DNA of 64,000 nucleotides from an uncultured Candidatus Saccharibacteria bacterium (GCA_964566505.1 CAZMIM010000001.1:132581-196580), one strand, 5' to 3'; shown: positions 28,079 through 38,042, numbered from the stretch's first letter. Translations and numbers: made by a program. Notes: generated from the sequence alone by a model not told the origin.

Positions 28079-28474
28079 GTGGACCCTAACCTATTTGTTG
28101 CGGACTGGGAGAAGATCTTCGAGGCATTGATGTTCATCATCGTGTCTTCTTTCATTGTCGAACGATTTCTGGCATTGTTGTTCGAAAGCCGATTTTGGAT
28201 TGAAAAGGTTGAATCCAAAGGATCCAGCCTCAAAGAAGTCTTGGCACTGATTGTTAGCGTAACCATCTGTGTTTACTGGAGCTTCGATGCAGTTAGCATG
28301 ATAATCCCATCTCAACCTACGACTACCCTTCTTGGAGAAATAGTCACCGGAGGTGTGATCGCAGGAGGTAGCAAAGCATCCGTGAAGCTCTTCCATGATC
28401 TTCTGAAGATTCAAAGCTCCGCTAGGGCTGCAAAGAAGAAGGGCGACCAACCAACCAACGAAAGTCAGTCATGA
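28079..28474 (+). CDS. Hypothetical membrane protein
   Basis: 131 aa, about three hydrophobic segments. Stop overlaps the nuclease gene start. Confidence 0.35.
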   Translation: MDPNLFVADWEKIFEALMFIIVSSFIVERFLALLFESRFWIEKVESKGSSLKEVLALIVSVTICVYWSFDAVSMIIPSQPTTTLLGEIVTGGVIAGGSKASVKLFHDLLKIQSSARAAKKKGDQPTNESQS

Positions 28475-29547
28475 TTGGATCAAATCCTTTCTCGAATTGC
28501 AGGTTTTGGCTTCTCTTGTTCGTTCTCTTTGGCTCTGCGAGTACCACAGTGAGCTCGGAAATCACCCTGGACTATCTGGAAGTGAGAAGAACCACTTCGA
28601 TTCGTGGAGAACCTGTCGCAGGAGGAATAGAAATTGCCCAGGTGGAGAAAGGGGAATTCTTGATTCTGCTAGACAATGGAGACCAGATGGGTGGTTTCTA
28701 CCACGTTAGAACACGTTCAAACGCTGATGGGTGGATTTACCGGTCTATGGTCAGACGGTACAGAGGCGAAATGCCTTCTCCCAATATCACCGGTGACGAC
28801 GCATTTGACGACCCAACGTATGCACTCCCACAAACCCTCCAGGAGGCAGCAGCCGCCCATTTGAGACACGGCAAACCACAGGGAACTTACGAGCGAGTTA
28901 GAGCGGGATACGCCTATGCTGTTGATCCTCGTCTAAGAATCCCGATTTGGGTGCAGTATGAACTCAAAGCATCAGACCTTGGCCGAGAAACGCAGCGATC
29001 AAATGACTTCAGGCAAGACACCTCTCTTCCAGATATCGCTCGAGCCGCGCTAGAGGATTATGCCGGAAGCGGGTTCGATCGGGGGCACATGGCACCTGCT
29101 GGAGACATGGTCAGAGACAATAATGTCATGTCGGAGAGTTTCTACTTGTCAAACATGGCACCGCAAGTTGGAATAGGTTTCAACAGGCACATATGGCGAG
29201 ACTTTGAATCAAGCGTACGCTCATGGACAGAATTGATCGGAACAGTCACCATCATCACCGGCCCGGTATTTATGGCGTCGAATGGAATGGTTGAGTACGA
29301 AGTCATAGGTGATCGAAATGTCGCAGTGCCAACGCACTTCTTTAAAATTGTCGTCGACTTTAGCGACCCCACCCAACCACAGTCAGTCGCGATTCTGATG
29401 CCCAACGAATCCCTTACTGGTCACACTTACCTGGAATTTGTGACCACAATCGATGTTATCGAAGATCTCACGGGACTTGATTTTTTTAACCGGATTCCGC
29501 TGCCTGTTCAAGAGCAATTTGAAAGCATAGCCAATCCAAGTTTGTAG
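28471..29547 (+). CDS. Secreted DNA/RNA non-specific endonuclease (NucA/EndoG family) with N-terminal SH3-like domain
   Basis: 358 aa. Signal peptide FWLLLFVLFGSAST. Catalytic DRGHMAPAGD and SNMAPQ (metal-binding Asn) as in Serratia nuclease. Confidence 0.65.
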   Translation: MIGSNPFSNCRFWLLLFVLFGSASTTVSSEITLDYLEVRRTTSIRGEPVAGGIEIAQVEKGEFLILLDNGDQMGGFYHVRTRSNADGWIYRSMVRRYRGEMPSPNITGDDAFDDPTYALPQTLQEAAAAHLRHGKPQGTYERVRAGYAYAVDPRLRIPIWVQYELKASDLGRETQRSNDFRQDTSLPDIARAALEDYAGSGFDRGHMAPAGDMVRDNNVMSESFYLSNMAPQVGIGFNRHIWRDFESSVRSWTELIGTVTIITGPVFMASNGMVEYEVIGDRNVAVPTHFFKIVVDFSDPTQPQSVAILMPNESLTGHTYLEFVTTIDVIEDLTGLDFFNRIPLPVQEQFESIANPSL

Positions 29548-29761
29548 CGCTTACAATCTAAAATCCATTTCCCACATTCCGCTATTCTATTCGATGGTAG
29601 GAGTCACCGTGGTACACCATAATGTCTCGTGCGAGACTTCTGCTTATGAAATCGATTTCCTGGGACTCAAGCTATATCCCGAAAATTCTTGTCGAAGCCC
29701 TCCCTGAGGCCGACTAGCCACCGGCTATCTAGCTTTTCCCCTAGAACCATTCTAGATTCAA

Positions 29762-30391
29762 ATGACTACTGTAGTCCAAGTTCTCCTGAAGCGAGTCAAG
29801 GTCATTGAAAACGGAGAGTTCGAGCCAAACGTTGATGGAGATAACAAGTTGATCGCCACGCTTTTCTACCCAAGAGAGGGTATTCCTGCGTTGACTTCTA
29901 TGCGGTCTCTCGAGCTAGAAGACGAGGTAGCATTCGACTATTCTACAAAGCCAATTTCAGAGAGACTTCTGTTCAAAGAAGTTGTCAGAGGAAGCACCAT
30001 GCTAGAGTTTTCGCTTACTGCAATCGATGCCCCTAGCAAGTTCGAAAAGCTATTCTCCAAGGTAGTTGTTGGGGCGCTGAAGACTGCTGTGGGTGCAATT
30101 CCGGGAGCGGGCAAAGTTCTTACGGCGGCAACTACTATGGCTGTAGACACCTTGTTCGACTCCAATGGAAACGACGAAGAGAAGGTGACAATAATTGGAA
30201 AGGGGGCTTTGCCAATCACGGCCGATACCGATGAAGGGGAGATTGCGTTTCAACTTGCTGTGCCCCGTGAAGTGACCTTAAGCAAAACCATCCTGAATGC
30301 TGATGGCCTGAAAGAAACTCACAACCGCACGCTAGAAGAGGGATTTGTCAACGCAGAGGTTGTCGTAGACTTCTCAAGAATTGCCTTGTAG
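29762..30391 (+). CDS. Hypothetical soluble protein (no recognisable domain)
   Basis: 209 aa. Overlaps the downstream membrane-protein gene by 11 nt. Confidence 0.4.
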   Translation: MTTVVQVLLKRVKVIENGEFEPNVDGDNKLIATLFYPREGIPALTSMRSLELEDEVAFDYSTKPISERLLFKEVVRGSTMLEFSLTAIDAPSKFEKLFSKVVVGALKTAVGAIPGAGKVLTAATTMAVDTLFDSNGNDEEKVTIIGKGALPITADTDEGEIAFQLAVPREVTLSKTILNADGLKETHNRTLEEGFVNAEVVVDFSRIAL

Positions 30392-31289
30392 TCAAGCAGA
30401 AGTGGTGATGCCGAAATCCTATCTAACCACACTTGTCCCAGCGTTGATCGGAATAGCGGCAGGGAGTGTTATCGTTGGATCGCTTCCTGAAGGTGGTTCC
30501 CTGACGTATGACTTTTCGGAGTTTAGTCTTTGGCGAGTGATGGTGATTTCCCAAACTGCCATCTACAGCGTATTAATCGTATACCTAGCGGCAAGGATAC
30601 GCGCGTCCCAAAAGAAAAAGAATCGTCGCATCAAAACGTCATCCATTCTGGCAGGGCTGGTGTTCCTTGTCCTTGTAGCCGTACCCCACGTGCTTGTCGA
30701 GTTACAAGACTCGCGTTCAGATGACGAGGCATTGACTCAGAGCAATACGGTACTGGCCTATCCTCCCTCTTACCTACAAGACTCTGAAAACATTGTCTCG
30801 ACCGAAGATGTCCTTGCCAAGAGAATGTTTGTAGTCGTAATAATCGGAGCGGCTTTTGCCTATCTGATCGTTGTACTCGTTTCAGAGTTATACGAAGACC
30901 TCATGTCGGTATCAAAGAGGGAAATCCTCGCCCGAATTTGTAACGACAGTCGTGACCTGATCCTGCTTGCAAGTATCGTCGTAACTCTTTCTGTGATTGG
31001 GGCGGGGATTTATCAATCCTCTCTGGAGACCCTCGGATCGACCAAGTATGTCGGTACAGACGTGGTCTCGTATGGCCTCTATAACTCTCTACTTCTCGCG
31101 CTAATCTTCTCGCCACTTTTGGCTGCAGAGCAGCGTGCTGTTCAACGCATAAAGGATCACTTACCAGCCCAACAACCTGTAGACCAGCCGGGGGAGAAAG
31201 GCACGCATTCGCTGGCTTACGTCAAGTCAGGCCTCGGCATTCTATCTCCTTTGGTGGGAGCTCTTCTGACACAAATTGTACCCTGGTAG
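30381..31289 (+). CDS. Hypothetical polytopic membrane protein
   Basis: 302 aa, about six TM helices. Likely start at the MPKSYL ATG 9 codons in. Confidence 0.45.
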   Translation: MPCSQAEVVMPKSYLTTLVPALIGIAAGSVIVGSLPEGGSLTYDFSEFSLWRVMVISQTAIYSVLIVYLAARIRASQKKKNRRIKTSSILAGLVFLVLVAVPHVLVELQDSRSDDEALTQSNTVLAYPPSYLQDSENIVSTEDVLAKRMFVVVIIGAAFAYLIVVLVSELYEDLMSVSKREILARICNDSRDLILLASIVVTLSVIGAGIYQSSLETLGSTKYVGTDVVSYGLYNSLLLALIFSPLLAAEQRAVQRIKDHLPAQQPVDQPGEKGTHSLAYVKSGLGILSPLVGALLTQIVPW

Positions 31290-31455
31290 GGCCTATTAAA
31301 CTGCTAGAAGACCGCAGGGTCACTCCTCCGAGAAAACAGAAGGTTGCACTCGAGGTATGAATACCCTCCAACCGCTGAATTAGGGTAAAGCTGTTGCAAC
31401 TACGGGCCAATCAGTCACTCGGCCGCTATGGCGTAAGAGCGCATCAAAATGTTGA

Positions 31456-32859
31456 CTACCACTTGTTGCGAATGTAGCGCATCAAATTGAAGAGGTGAGT
31501 ATAATTTTGCTCGCCTGGCTTGTGCTTCAGAGAAGCCCCAGAGTTGTGAGAGGCCTCCTCATTTACAATCTGAGCGATGATTCTACTCGATTCATGGTCG
31601 GGTAGCATCTGATAAACAGACGGAATGAGGAAATCATGCCGAAAGGGCTGAATACGCTTGTTCTTTGGCTTGCTCTTCAGAACTTTCGCTCCATGGATAT
31701 ATCTGCTTCTTAGCTCCTTTGGCCAAAAATCAGGATCCTCATCATCGTAGTCATCGTCTAGGATCGCTTTCTGGGAATAAATATTCCGCGCCGTTTTGAG
31801 GTTGTTTCCAATCTTGTGTCCAAAAAGCTTGCCAGCCTTTACGCGAGAGTAGGCGATCTTCTTGATGGGAGATCCTATGAGTGATCCAAGAATCTCGTCG
31901 ACACTGTCATTGGCTGAAATGATGTTTGCCAGCCAAACACCCTGTGAGGACAAACTGTACTCAGGGGAATTGATCAAGGACAATACAGAGAAACGATTGT
32001 CTGGTAAGTAGTTGGTTGTGCTTAGGTCTTTAAATGCACTCTTGGGGTCACCGTACAATCCGCTAAACCACTTTATGGCAGTGCCCAAGAATTCTGCCCA
32101 CTCCGTGTTGCCGGTGCTTCTCGCGTCTTCATATCCCGCCGTAACGAGCTTATACAATTGCTCAAAATTTATGGCATCGGGCAATGCTGCAGCTAGAGAG
32201 GGAAACACATTTGTGTTGACGGACAAGAGAGAAACGACGAACTCGAGAAGCGTACCGGTTACGTGCTCCTGATTCATGGGATTGGCAAACGGAGCTCCTT
32301 GGTTTGGGCTGTTGATAGTAATGACTGCCGACACCTTGTTTTCCTTGAACACATACCTATCCAGGAATGCCAAGTATCTCGCAACGGTACCTCCTTGAGA
32401 GTAGCCAACGAGGATATTGAAATCGGCCTCCTCGATTAGATCATAGTACCCGACTCCACGTGGGGTAGCCATGTAGCGGCCGTTCTCGATGTCAAAAATA
32501 TCGTAGTTGTTTGCCTTGTCCCACCACGAATAAAATAGCTCGTCACTTTCGTACAGGTCGTGATAATGAGCTAGAATGCCGTTCAGTATCTCTTTCCCTG
32601 ATTCGTCCAAGCCAGCCGTGTCTTGATATCGGTCCCCAATGCACTTGATCGGAAATGGCACGAAGTACTCAACCTTCGGCATGAGCTGATACTTGCTTTC
32701 TCCATCGGGATTACTCCGCGTACAGAAAGTCGGCCGGAATCGTTTTCTCACCTCTCCATCGCTAAGATGAGTAAACATATTTCTCAGTTCGCCCAGCTTC
32801 CCTGATACGAGATCAACCGAGCGGTTGATGAACCATATTTTGACAGTTTGACGGGCCAT
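31456..32859 (-). CDS. Alpha/beta-hydrolase fold protein (lipase/esterase-like)
   Basis: 467 aa. GxSxG nucleophile elbow GYSQGG. Start overlaps the stop of the upstream hydrolase gene. Confidence 0.5.
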   Translation of the reverse strand: MARQTVKIWFINRSVDLVSGKLGELRNMFTHLSDGEVRKRFRPTFCTRSNPDGESKYQLMPKVEYFVPFPIKCIGDRYQDTAGLDESGKEILNGILAHYHDLYESDELFYSWWDKANNYDIFDIENGRYMATPRGVGYYDLIEEADFNILVGYSQGGTVARYLAFLDRYVFKENKVSAVITINSPNQGAPFANPMNQEHVTGTLLEFVVSLLSVNTNVFPSLAAALPDAINFEQLYKLVTAGYEDARSTGNTEWAEFLGTAIKWFSGLYGDPKSAFKDLSTTNYLPDNRFSVLSLINSPEYSLSSQGVWLANIISANDSVDEILGSLIGSPIKKIAYSRVKAGKLFGHKIGNNLKTARNIYSQKAILDDDYDDEDPDFWPKELRSRYIHGAKVLKSKPKNKRIQPFRHDFLIPSVYQMLPDHESSRIIAQIVNEEASHNSGASLKHKPGEQNYTHLFNLMRYIRNKW

Positions 32860-34352
32860 CAGTAGTCCTTTCGATCTAGGTTCAATCGATCACGGAGAAT
32901 CTGCAAGTGATCTGCCTTCTCGCCTTCTGCAGTATTCACATCCCAGTATTTTGTGTGTTGGAATCCTTTCGGTTTGGCTCCAAGTGATACTTTGATATCA
33001 GCAACGCCTGGTCCGAATAGAGGGCCAACCGGCCCTCCAATTGGGTCCCCCTTATACAGATATCCCTCGGGAAAGTAGAGGTTGGTCCATCTCGTGGAGC
33101 CGAATACTGCAGCATGATGTGCTTTCCAAAAGCTGTCATCGTTGCCTTCGCTTCGCGATCTGTAGGAAAATCGTTCTCTCGAATCGAAGGTCTCCATCTG
33201 CGGCGGATCGGTCGGAAACCAACGCTGGTTAACTTTTTCACTGAAAGCTTCCTGGGACGCTACGACAAGCATATTTGCATGAGCCAGCGGCGAACCCAAG
33301 GTTATGAAGTCAGAAATTTTCCAAGGAGGATCCGACTTGGAAAGTTGCTCACGATACCGATGCTTAGCTGCCAAGTATGCGCTGGAAGCGGCTTGAAGCT
33401 CATCTTTCAGACCTTTCTGTTCAAAGTCGTCAGAGGAAAGCGTCTCCGTCGGTGCTGCCTGGTTTCTCTGCCTCTCCCGAATCCTCTCTAGCCCTTCCGC
33501 TGCTTTCTCTACTTCCCTCAGAACACTCAGCGCCTCTGAACCCTGATTGTCCCTACTCTCAAGATTGGGAAACCTATAATTCGCCCAGAGGGCGCTCAGA
33601 GCATCGTAGGCGACCAAACTACCTAAACTATGGCCCACCAATACCACTCGATCGTAATCACCACTATCATGAACTGACCTAAGCAGATCGATAGCTCGCT
33701 TCCTTATATGATTGCGAATAGAAACATTGCCTGCACTGTTGTGCAAATATCTTGCAGCATCTCCTATGTATTTTACAAAGGCACCCTTCCAGATGAATAG
33801 CATCGCTGCAATAAAGAGGAATATGTTGGGTAGATACTGGACGATAGAACTTCCAAACCCATTGTATCCCTCTAGCCAGTCGAAAAGGCCAAAATCAGGC
33901 AGAAACCAGCTAGCGAGTGAAAGTCCCAGGATGGGCAAAAGTGCGATCACTGCCCACCATATTTTTCGTACCGACCCCGTCAGAGTGGTTGGCGCCCTGC
34001 CAAGTAGTGGAAGCAGCCATCCAATGACATGAGTGAGCGTATTGCCACCCATCATATCTTGCCAGTAGACCTCGTAAAAATCAGTTCTCACAGTTCCACC
34101 TTCACCACCTTTAATCACGGCTGAGTTGGTAGTAATTCGTCTCATTTCGTGAGAGTCATACTTAGTATCTGGCATGATCCAGTACTTTGGCCGCGCCCCC
34201 TCTTGTGCAATTCGAATATTTCCGTTTGTGCTCCATACGGCTTCAACGAATCCCATGATTGACTCCATTGGCTTTTGGTCACCAATGCCATGGATCAATA
34301 CTACCGCTTGCTTTTTTTTCATCGGAACGCCTCCTATCGTTCTTCGAGCCAA
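32859..34352 (-). CDS. Alpha/beta-hydrolase fold protein (lipase-like) with internal TM segments
   Basis: 497 aa. VVLIHGIGDQ (HG oxyanion-hole motif) and VLVGHSLGSLVA (GHSLGS nucleophile elbow). Two hydrophobic helices between them. Confidence 0.5.
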   Translation of the reverse strand: MARRTIGGVPMKKKQAVVLIHGIGDQKPMESIMGFVEAVWSTNGNIRIAQEGARPKYWIMPDTKYDSHEMRRITTNSAVIKGGEGGTVRTDFYEVYWQDMMGGNTLTHVIGWLLPLLGRAPTTLTGSVRKIWWAVIALLPILGLSLASWFLPDFGLFDWLEGYNGFGSSIVQYLPNIFLFIAAMLFIWKGAFVKYIGDAARYLHNSAGNVSIRNHIRKRAIDLLRSVHDSGDYDRVVLVGHSLGSLVAYDALSALWANYRFPNLESRDNQGSEALSVLREVEKAAEGLERIRERQRNQAAPTETLSSDDFEQKGLKDELQAASSAYLAAKHRYREQLSKSDPPWKISDFITLGSPLAHANMLVVASQEAFSEKVNQRWFPTDPPQMETFDSRERFSYRSRSEGNDDSFWKAHHAAVFGSTRWTNLYFPEGYLYKGDPIGGPVGPLFGPGVADIKVSLGAKPKGFQHTKYWDVNTAEGEKADHLQILRDRLNLDRKDY

Positions 34353-34847
34353 TCTCTATTGCTCGAAAGAGCCAGCATCTCATTGAGTCGAGGTGTGGCT
34401 CCGAGGTAGCCGGTTTGATAAACCTAAAAACTAAGAGTTATGGTACAACATTGAACTGTCATATTTCCAGAAGCTGGACTAATCTAAGTAGATTACCATC
34501 TTGGAGACTCACTATCAGAATCTGGGTCGCTAGGGATTCAAGAATCCAACATCTTGCGTTTTCGACTAAGGTTCTGATTGGATAGTAGAGGCATCTGCCA
34601 ATTTGAAAAAGCGCTTTGAACAATAACCTTATCCGACCATGTTGTGATTAGTCCGAAACAGGGCCCAGTGCCGATTTACTGTATGCCCCAAATTATAGGT
34701 GAGCATTCAACTTGTTTTCATTCACTAATAGAATCATCGAGCAGACAAAGAAAGCTCTGCTCTATACACTCAACGCCTTACATGCGCAGAGAACTCGCTA
34801 CACATGTTTTGGCGATTGTTGCGAAAGCCGGATAGTTTGAGGTTAAA

Positions 34848-35960
34848 ATGCGTGTGAGTGCTCGGCGCAGACCCACCCATCTTGAGGCAAGAGTATCGCT
34901 CAACCGCAACCATGAATCTTTTCATTCATACACCATGACCAAAGAAGACGGTATACTTCGTGACGCTTTTAGGATTATTGGTGATACTATAAACATCGCT
35001 GGTTCCGAAGGCGTACTGATTGATCGCGATACGCTAGCAAAATATCTGCTGGGCTCTGAACTTCGAGAGCGCATTCTGGCCAGATCGGAATATAACTTCC
35101 ATGGAAAAGACAGCCCATTCGAAACAGCTGCCAACTATGTGGACTGGTTCAGTTCGTATGTGACACAAAGATCCGAAATAACGAAGAGTTGGAATAGAAG
35201 TATCTACCGGGCACGTGTGATCACTCAATCAGAGGCTACTGGGAAGGAACGCGAAATTTGGGCGTACTCAGTACGTTCGCCGACCACAAGAGGGCGACTG
35301 ATCTTCAGAGTTGGTGAAGGAGGTATAATTCGAGTTGGCCTAATCGGCAAAGACGGTAGATGGACAAATAGTGATGGACTCGAACAACTGCCTTGCGGAC
35401 TTTATACGGTTAATTTTGGACGGTGGGCGGCCACTCTGAAAGAGTTGGAGGATAGGATCAACGACCCGAATTGCTCTGAAGACGATTTGCAATCCTTCTT
35501 TGAAGAGAATCGTGAATTGCTTCAGGATACGAGGTATAAATCCGTAATTCCCGAAGCGGTCATTCATAGAGAGAGCGGGGAGGTTACTGCACCTTGGGAA
35601 GCCGACTTCATCCTCTCTCCTGCTGATCAAGAGGCATTCTGTAAAATCATTGAGTTGAAGCGCCCGCAATTTGGCACCATAAAAAAAGAACGACGAGGCC
35701 ACGCTAAGTTTTATCGTGAATTGCATGAGGCAATTTCACAACTCAGAGACTACCACGAGGCTTTCGATTCGATCAGCACGCGCGAAAAGTTTCAAGATCG
35801 ATATGGTGTAGAGGTTTTTAAGCCAGACCTTCAACTTATTATTGGTCGCCGATGGACATCAAAGGAACACCAAGCCATGCTAGTACTGCAACGAAGGCAG
35901 CATGTTGAAATACGAAGTTGGGACGGAGAGCTGGATCGACTTCGGAGGCTTTTTACCTAG
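34848..35960 (+). CDS. sduA: Shedu-like (DUF4263 nuclease domain) defense protein
   Basis: 370 aa. C-terminal half ...FFEENRELL...EADFILSPADQEAFCKIIELKRPQ...ISQLRDYHEAF...PDLQLIIGR...VEIRSWDGELDRL parallels the DUF4263 core (D...E-x-K, LIIGR block). Confidence 0.5.
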   Translation: MRVSARRRPTHLEARVSLNRNHESFHSYTMTKEDGILRDAFRIIGDTINIAGSEGVLIDRDTLAKYLLGSELRERILARSEYNFHGKDSPFETAANYVDWFSSYVTQRSEITKSWNRSIYRARVITQSEATGKEREIWAYSVRSPTTRGRLIFRVGEGGIIRVGLIGKDGRWTNSDGLEQLPCGLYTVNFGRWAATLKELEDRINDPNCSEDDLQSFFEENRELLQDTRYKSVIPEAVIHRESGEVTAPWEADFILSPADQEAFCKIIELKRPQFGTIKKERRGHAKFYRELHEAISQLRDYHEAFDSISTREKFQDRYGVEVFKPDLQLIIGRRWTSKEHQAMLVLQRRQHVEIRSWDGELDRLRRLFT

Positions 35961-36234
35961 CGACTGGATTGAATCGGCAAGATTTGCCTTAGAGGAAAAC
36001 CATGACTTGCGCAGAAGGGGTTTCCCCCAACGGCCACCGAACATTAGCGGAGCTTGATCCCGATAACCTAGTTCGTTTAATACTGAAATTTGCAGCCTCT
36101 TGTTTAAGGGCTAGAAAATATAGTCTTACTTCTGGCAAGGTGACGTTGGGGACTTCAAGGATGTCTGTCGAGTAGAGCTGTCACGCATGTCTTCGACAAT
36201 GGAGGTTCGTACTAATTCTAGTCCTGCGCACAAG

Positions 36235-36290
36235 AAAACAGCCTGCCCAAATTTTGTATTACAAAACTTGGGCAGGCTGTTTTTATTTTT
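36235..36290. terminator. Bidirectional rho-independent terminator at the composition boundary
   Basis: Perfect 13-bp stem acagcctgcccaa / ttgggcaggctgt with A-run before and T-run after, between convergent genes. Confidence 0.6.
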
Positions 36291-36831
36291 CAAATAATTT
36301 ATTTTTTCTTGAGATTGCTATAAACGAAACAATTATCACAACCATTAAATACACAAACAAAATCTCCAAAGAGCTATATGGCAATGAGCGGAGCGCGCCA
36401 AGAATAATTGTTGCAAGCCAAGACACGATAGACACGACACCACTAATCACTAGAAATGATGTGTTTTGCATAAACTCTTTTGAGCGATAGAAATATTTAC
36501 CAGACTCTTTTCGCATCTTTGGGAAATGATAAAAGTGCAAAATAATTCCGTTTATAAATATCACCGCGACAATAGCCATCTTTGCTATAAATTTTGTGGA
36601 CTCGCTAAATCCTTCTGGGTTTTGATAGAAAAGTCCAACCCCTGAAAGAACAAGAAGTACAAACCCGCTCCACACCGCCACACTACCGACATGCAAAAAT
36701 GTAAGCTCTGACTTTGTAAGCTTTTTATCTCTGATGGCTGTAAAAAACATCAAGTCACTCATAATTGCACCACCTGCACCCAGTGCAGTACCAATCAGAT
36801 GCACTATGAGAAATAGTGTGCTTGGTTCCAT
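36283..36831 (-). CDS. Hypothetical membrane protein
   Basis: 182 aa, five or six TM helices, AT-rich codon usage. Confidence 0.4.
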   Translation of the reverse strand: MEPSTLFLIVHLIGTALGAGGAIMSDLMFFTAIRDKKLTKSELTFLHVGSVAVWSGFVLLVLSGVGLFYQNPEGFSESTKFIAKMAIVAVIFINGIILHFYHFPKMRKESGKYFYRSKEFMQNTSFLVISGVVSIVSWLATIILGALRSLPYSSLEILFVYLMVVIIVSFIAISRKNKLFEK

Positions 36832-36833
36832 AA

Positions 36834-38003
36834 TTAAATTGATTTATCTACATTACTAATACGTTCGCCAAAAATATTCATCAAAACAGGGCTCGCTGTT
36901 ACCGTAACAATACTCAAGACAATCATCGCACTAATGAGAGTCTCGTCTACAAAACCAAAAGATAGTGCAGAGAGTGCTACCGCAAGTGTTGTAGAGAGCT
37001 GCGGCATAGATGAAATACCAAATAGAAGCGACTGGTCTTTGGTAAACCCAACTAGCCGAGCTCCAAAGAAACCGCTGGCTATCTTTGAAATAATAGACCC
37101 AAGCACAATAGCAACTATCATCCATAATGCTCCTTGTGCAGAAACAGCATCTACAATATTTGCCTGTGCTCCAGCGATAACAAAAAATGTTGGTATGAAA
37201 ATACTATAACTGACTGTGCGAATTTTCTCTTTGAGCTTATCACTCTGTATAGAATCTGAAAGCACTAGTCCCGCAAAGAATCCCGCGATAATAGGGTGAA
37301 GCCCTAAAAACTCAAATACAATAACTGTGCCTAAAATAATAATAAGAATTGAACGAAACTCTTGCTGGAAAAATGTATCTTCGCTTCGTGAGCGCTTTGT
37401 AAAGAAAGAGCTTGCGCGTGGAAGAAGTAGACGGAACACAAAAAGAGTTAGAAGTGTGAGTGGATAGAAAATCACGAGCGGTAGTGATGTTACTGGGTCT
37501 ACATTTTGAAGTACTACTGAAAGCAAAAGTAGGCTCGCGATATCTTGAAGTACAGTGGTCATAATCACTGACTGACCAAGGCGAGTTCTCATGAGGCCAT
37601 ACTTTTCAAGAGATGGAATAATCACCGCAACAGAAGATGAGATGAAAATAATACCCACCAAAAGTGATGAGATATATCCGTAACCAAAGTACTGAGCAAT
37701 ACCATATCCAATCACAAAAGGCACCGCCCCGTTTATAAATGATAGCCACCCCAGCTTGATACGAAAATTATCAAAACTCGAAAGCTTGGTCTCGAGACCC
37801 GCCATAAACATCAAGAATATCAGACCAATCTGACCCAAGAACTCTACGGTCGGCGTAATAGAGAGTACATCAAAACCATCAGGACCTATGGCTATTCCCG
37901 CCAAAATAAGAGCCACCACCCATGGAATATGGATACGCTTGAATGCGATTGAGAAAAATACTCCAGCAAAAATAATAATGAAAAACGGAAAGAGATCTGT
38001 CAT
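36834..38003 (-). CDS. Cation:proton antiporter (Na+/H+ exchanger, CPA family)
   Basis: 389 aa, about 11 TM helices, typical CPA1/2 layout. Confidence 0.6.
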   Translation of the reverse strand: MTDLFPFFIIIFAGVFFSIAFKRIHIPWVVALILAGIAIGPDGFDVLSITPTVEFLGQIGLIFLMFMAGLETKLSSFDNFRIKLGWLSFINGAVPFVIGYGIAQYFGYGYISSLLVGIIFISSSVAVIIPSLEKYGLMRTRLGQSVIMTTVLQDIASLLLLSVVLQNVDPVTSLPLVIFYPLTLLTLFVFRLLLPRASSFFTKRSRSEDTFFQQEFRSILIIILGTVIVFEFLGLHPIIAGFFAGLVLSDSIQSDKLKEKIRTVSYSIFIPTFFVIAGAQANIVDAVSAQGALWMIVAIVLGSIISKIASGFFGARLVGFTKDQSLLFGISSMPQLSTTLAVALSALSFGFVDETLISAMIVLSIVTVTASPVLMNIFGERISNVDKSI

Positions 38004-38042
38004 ATATTGCCTCTATTATAATACATACAGCACTCTTTAAGT

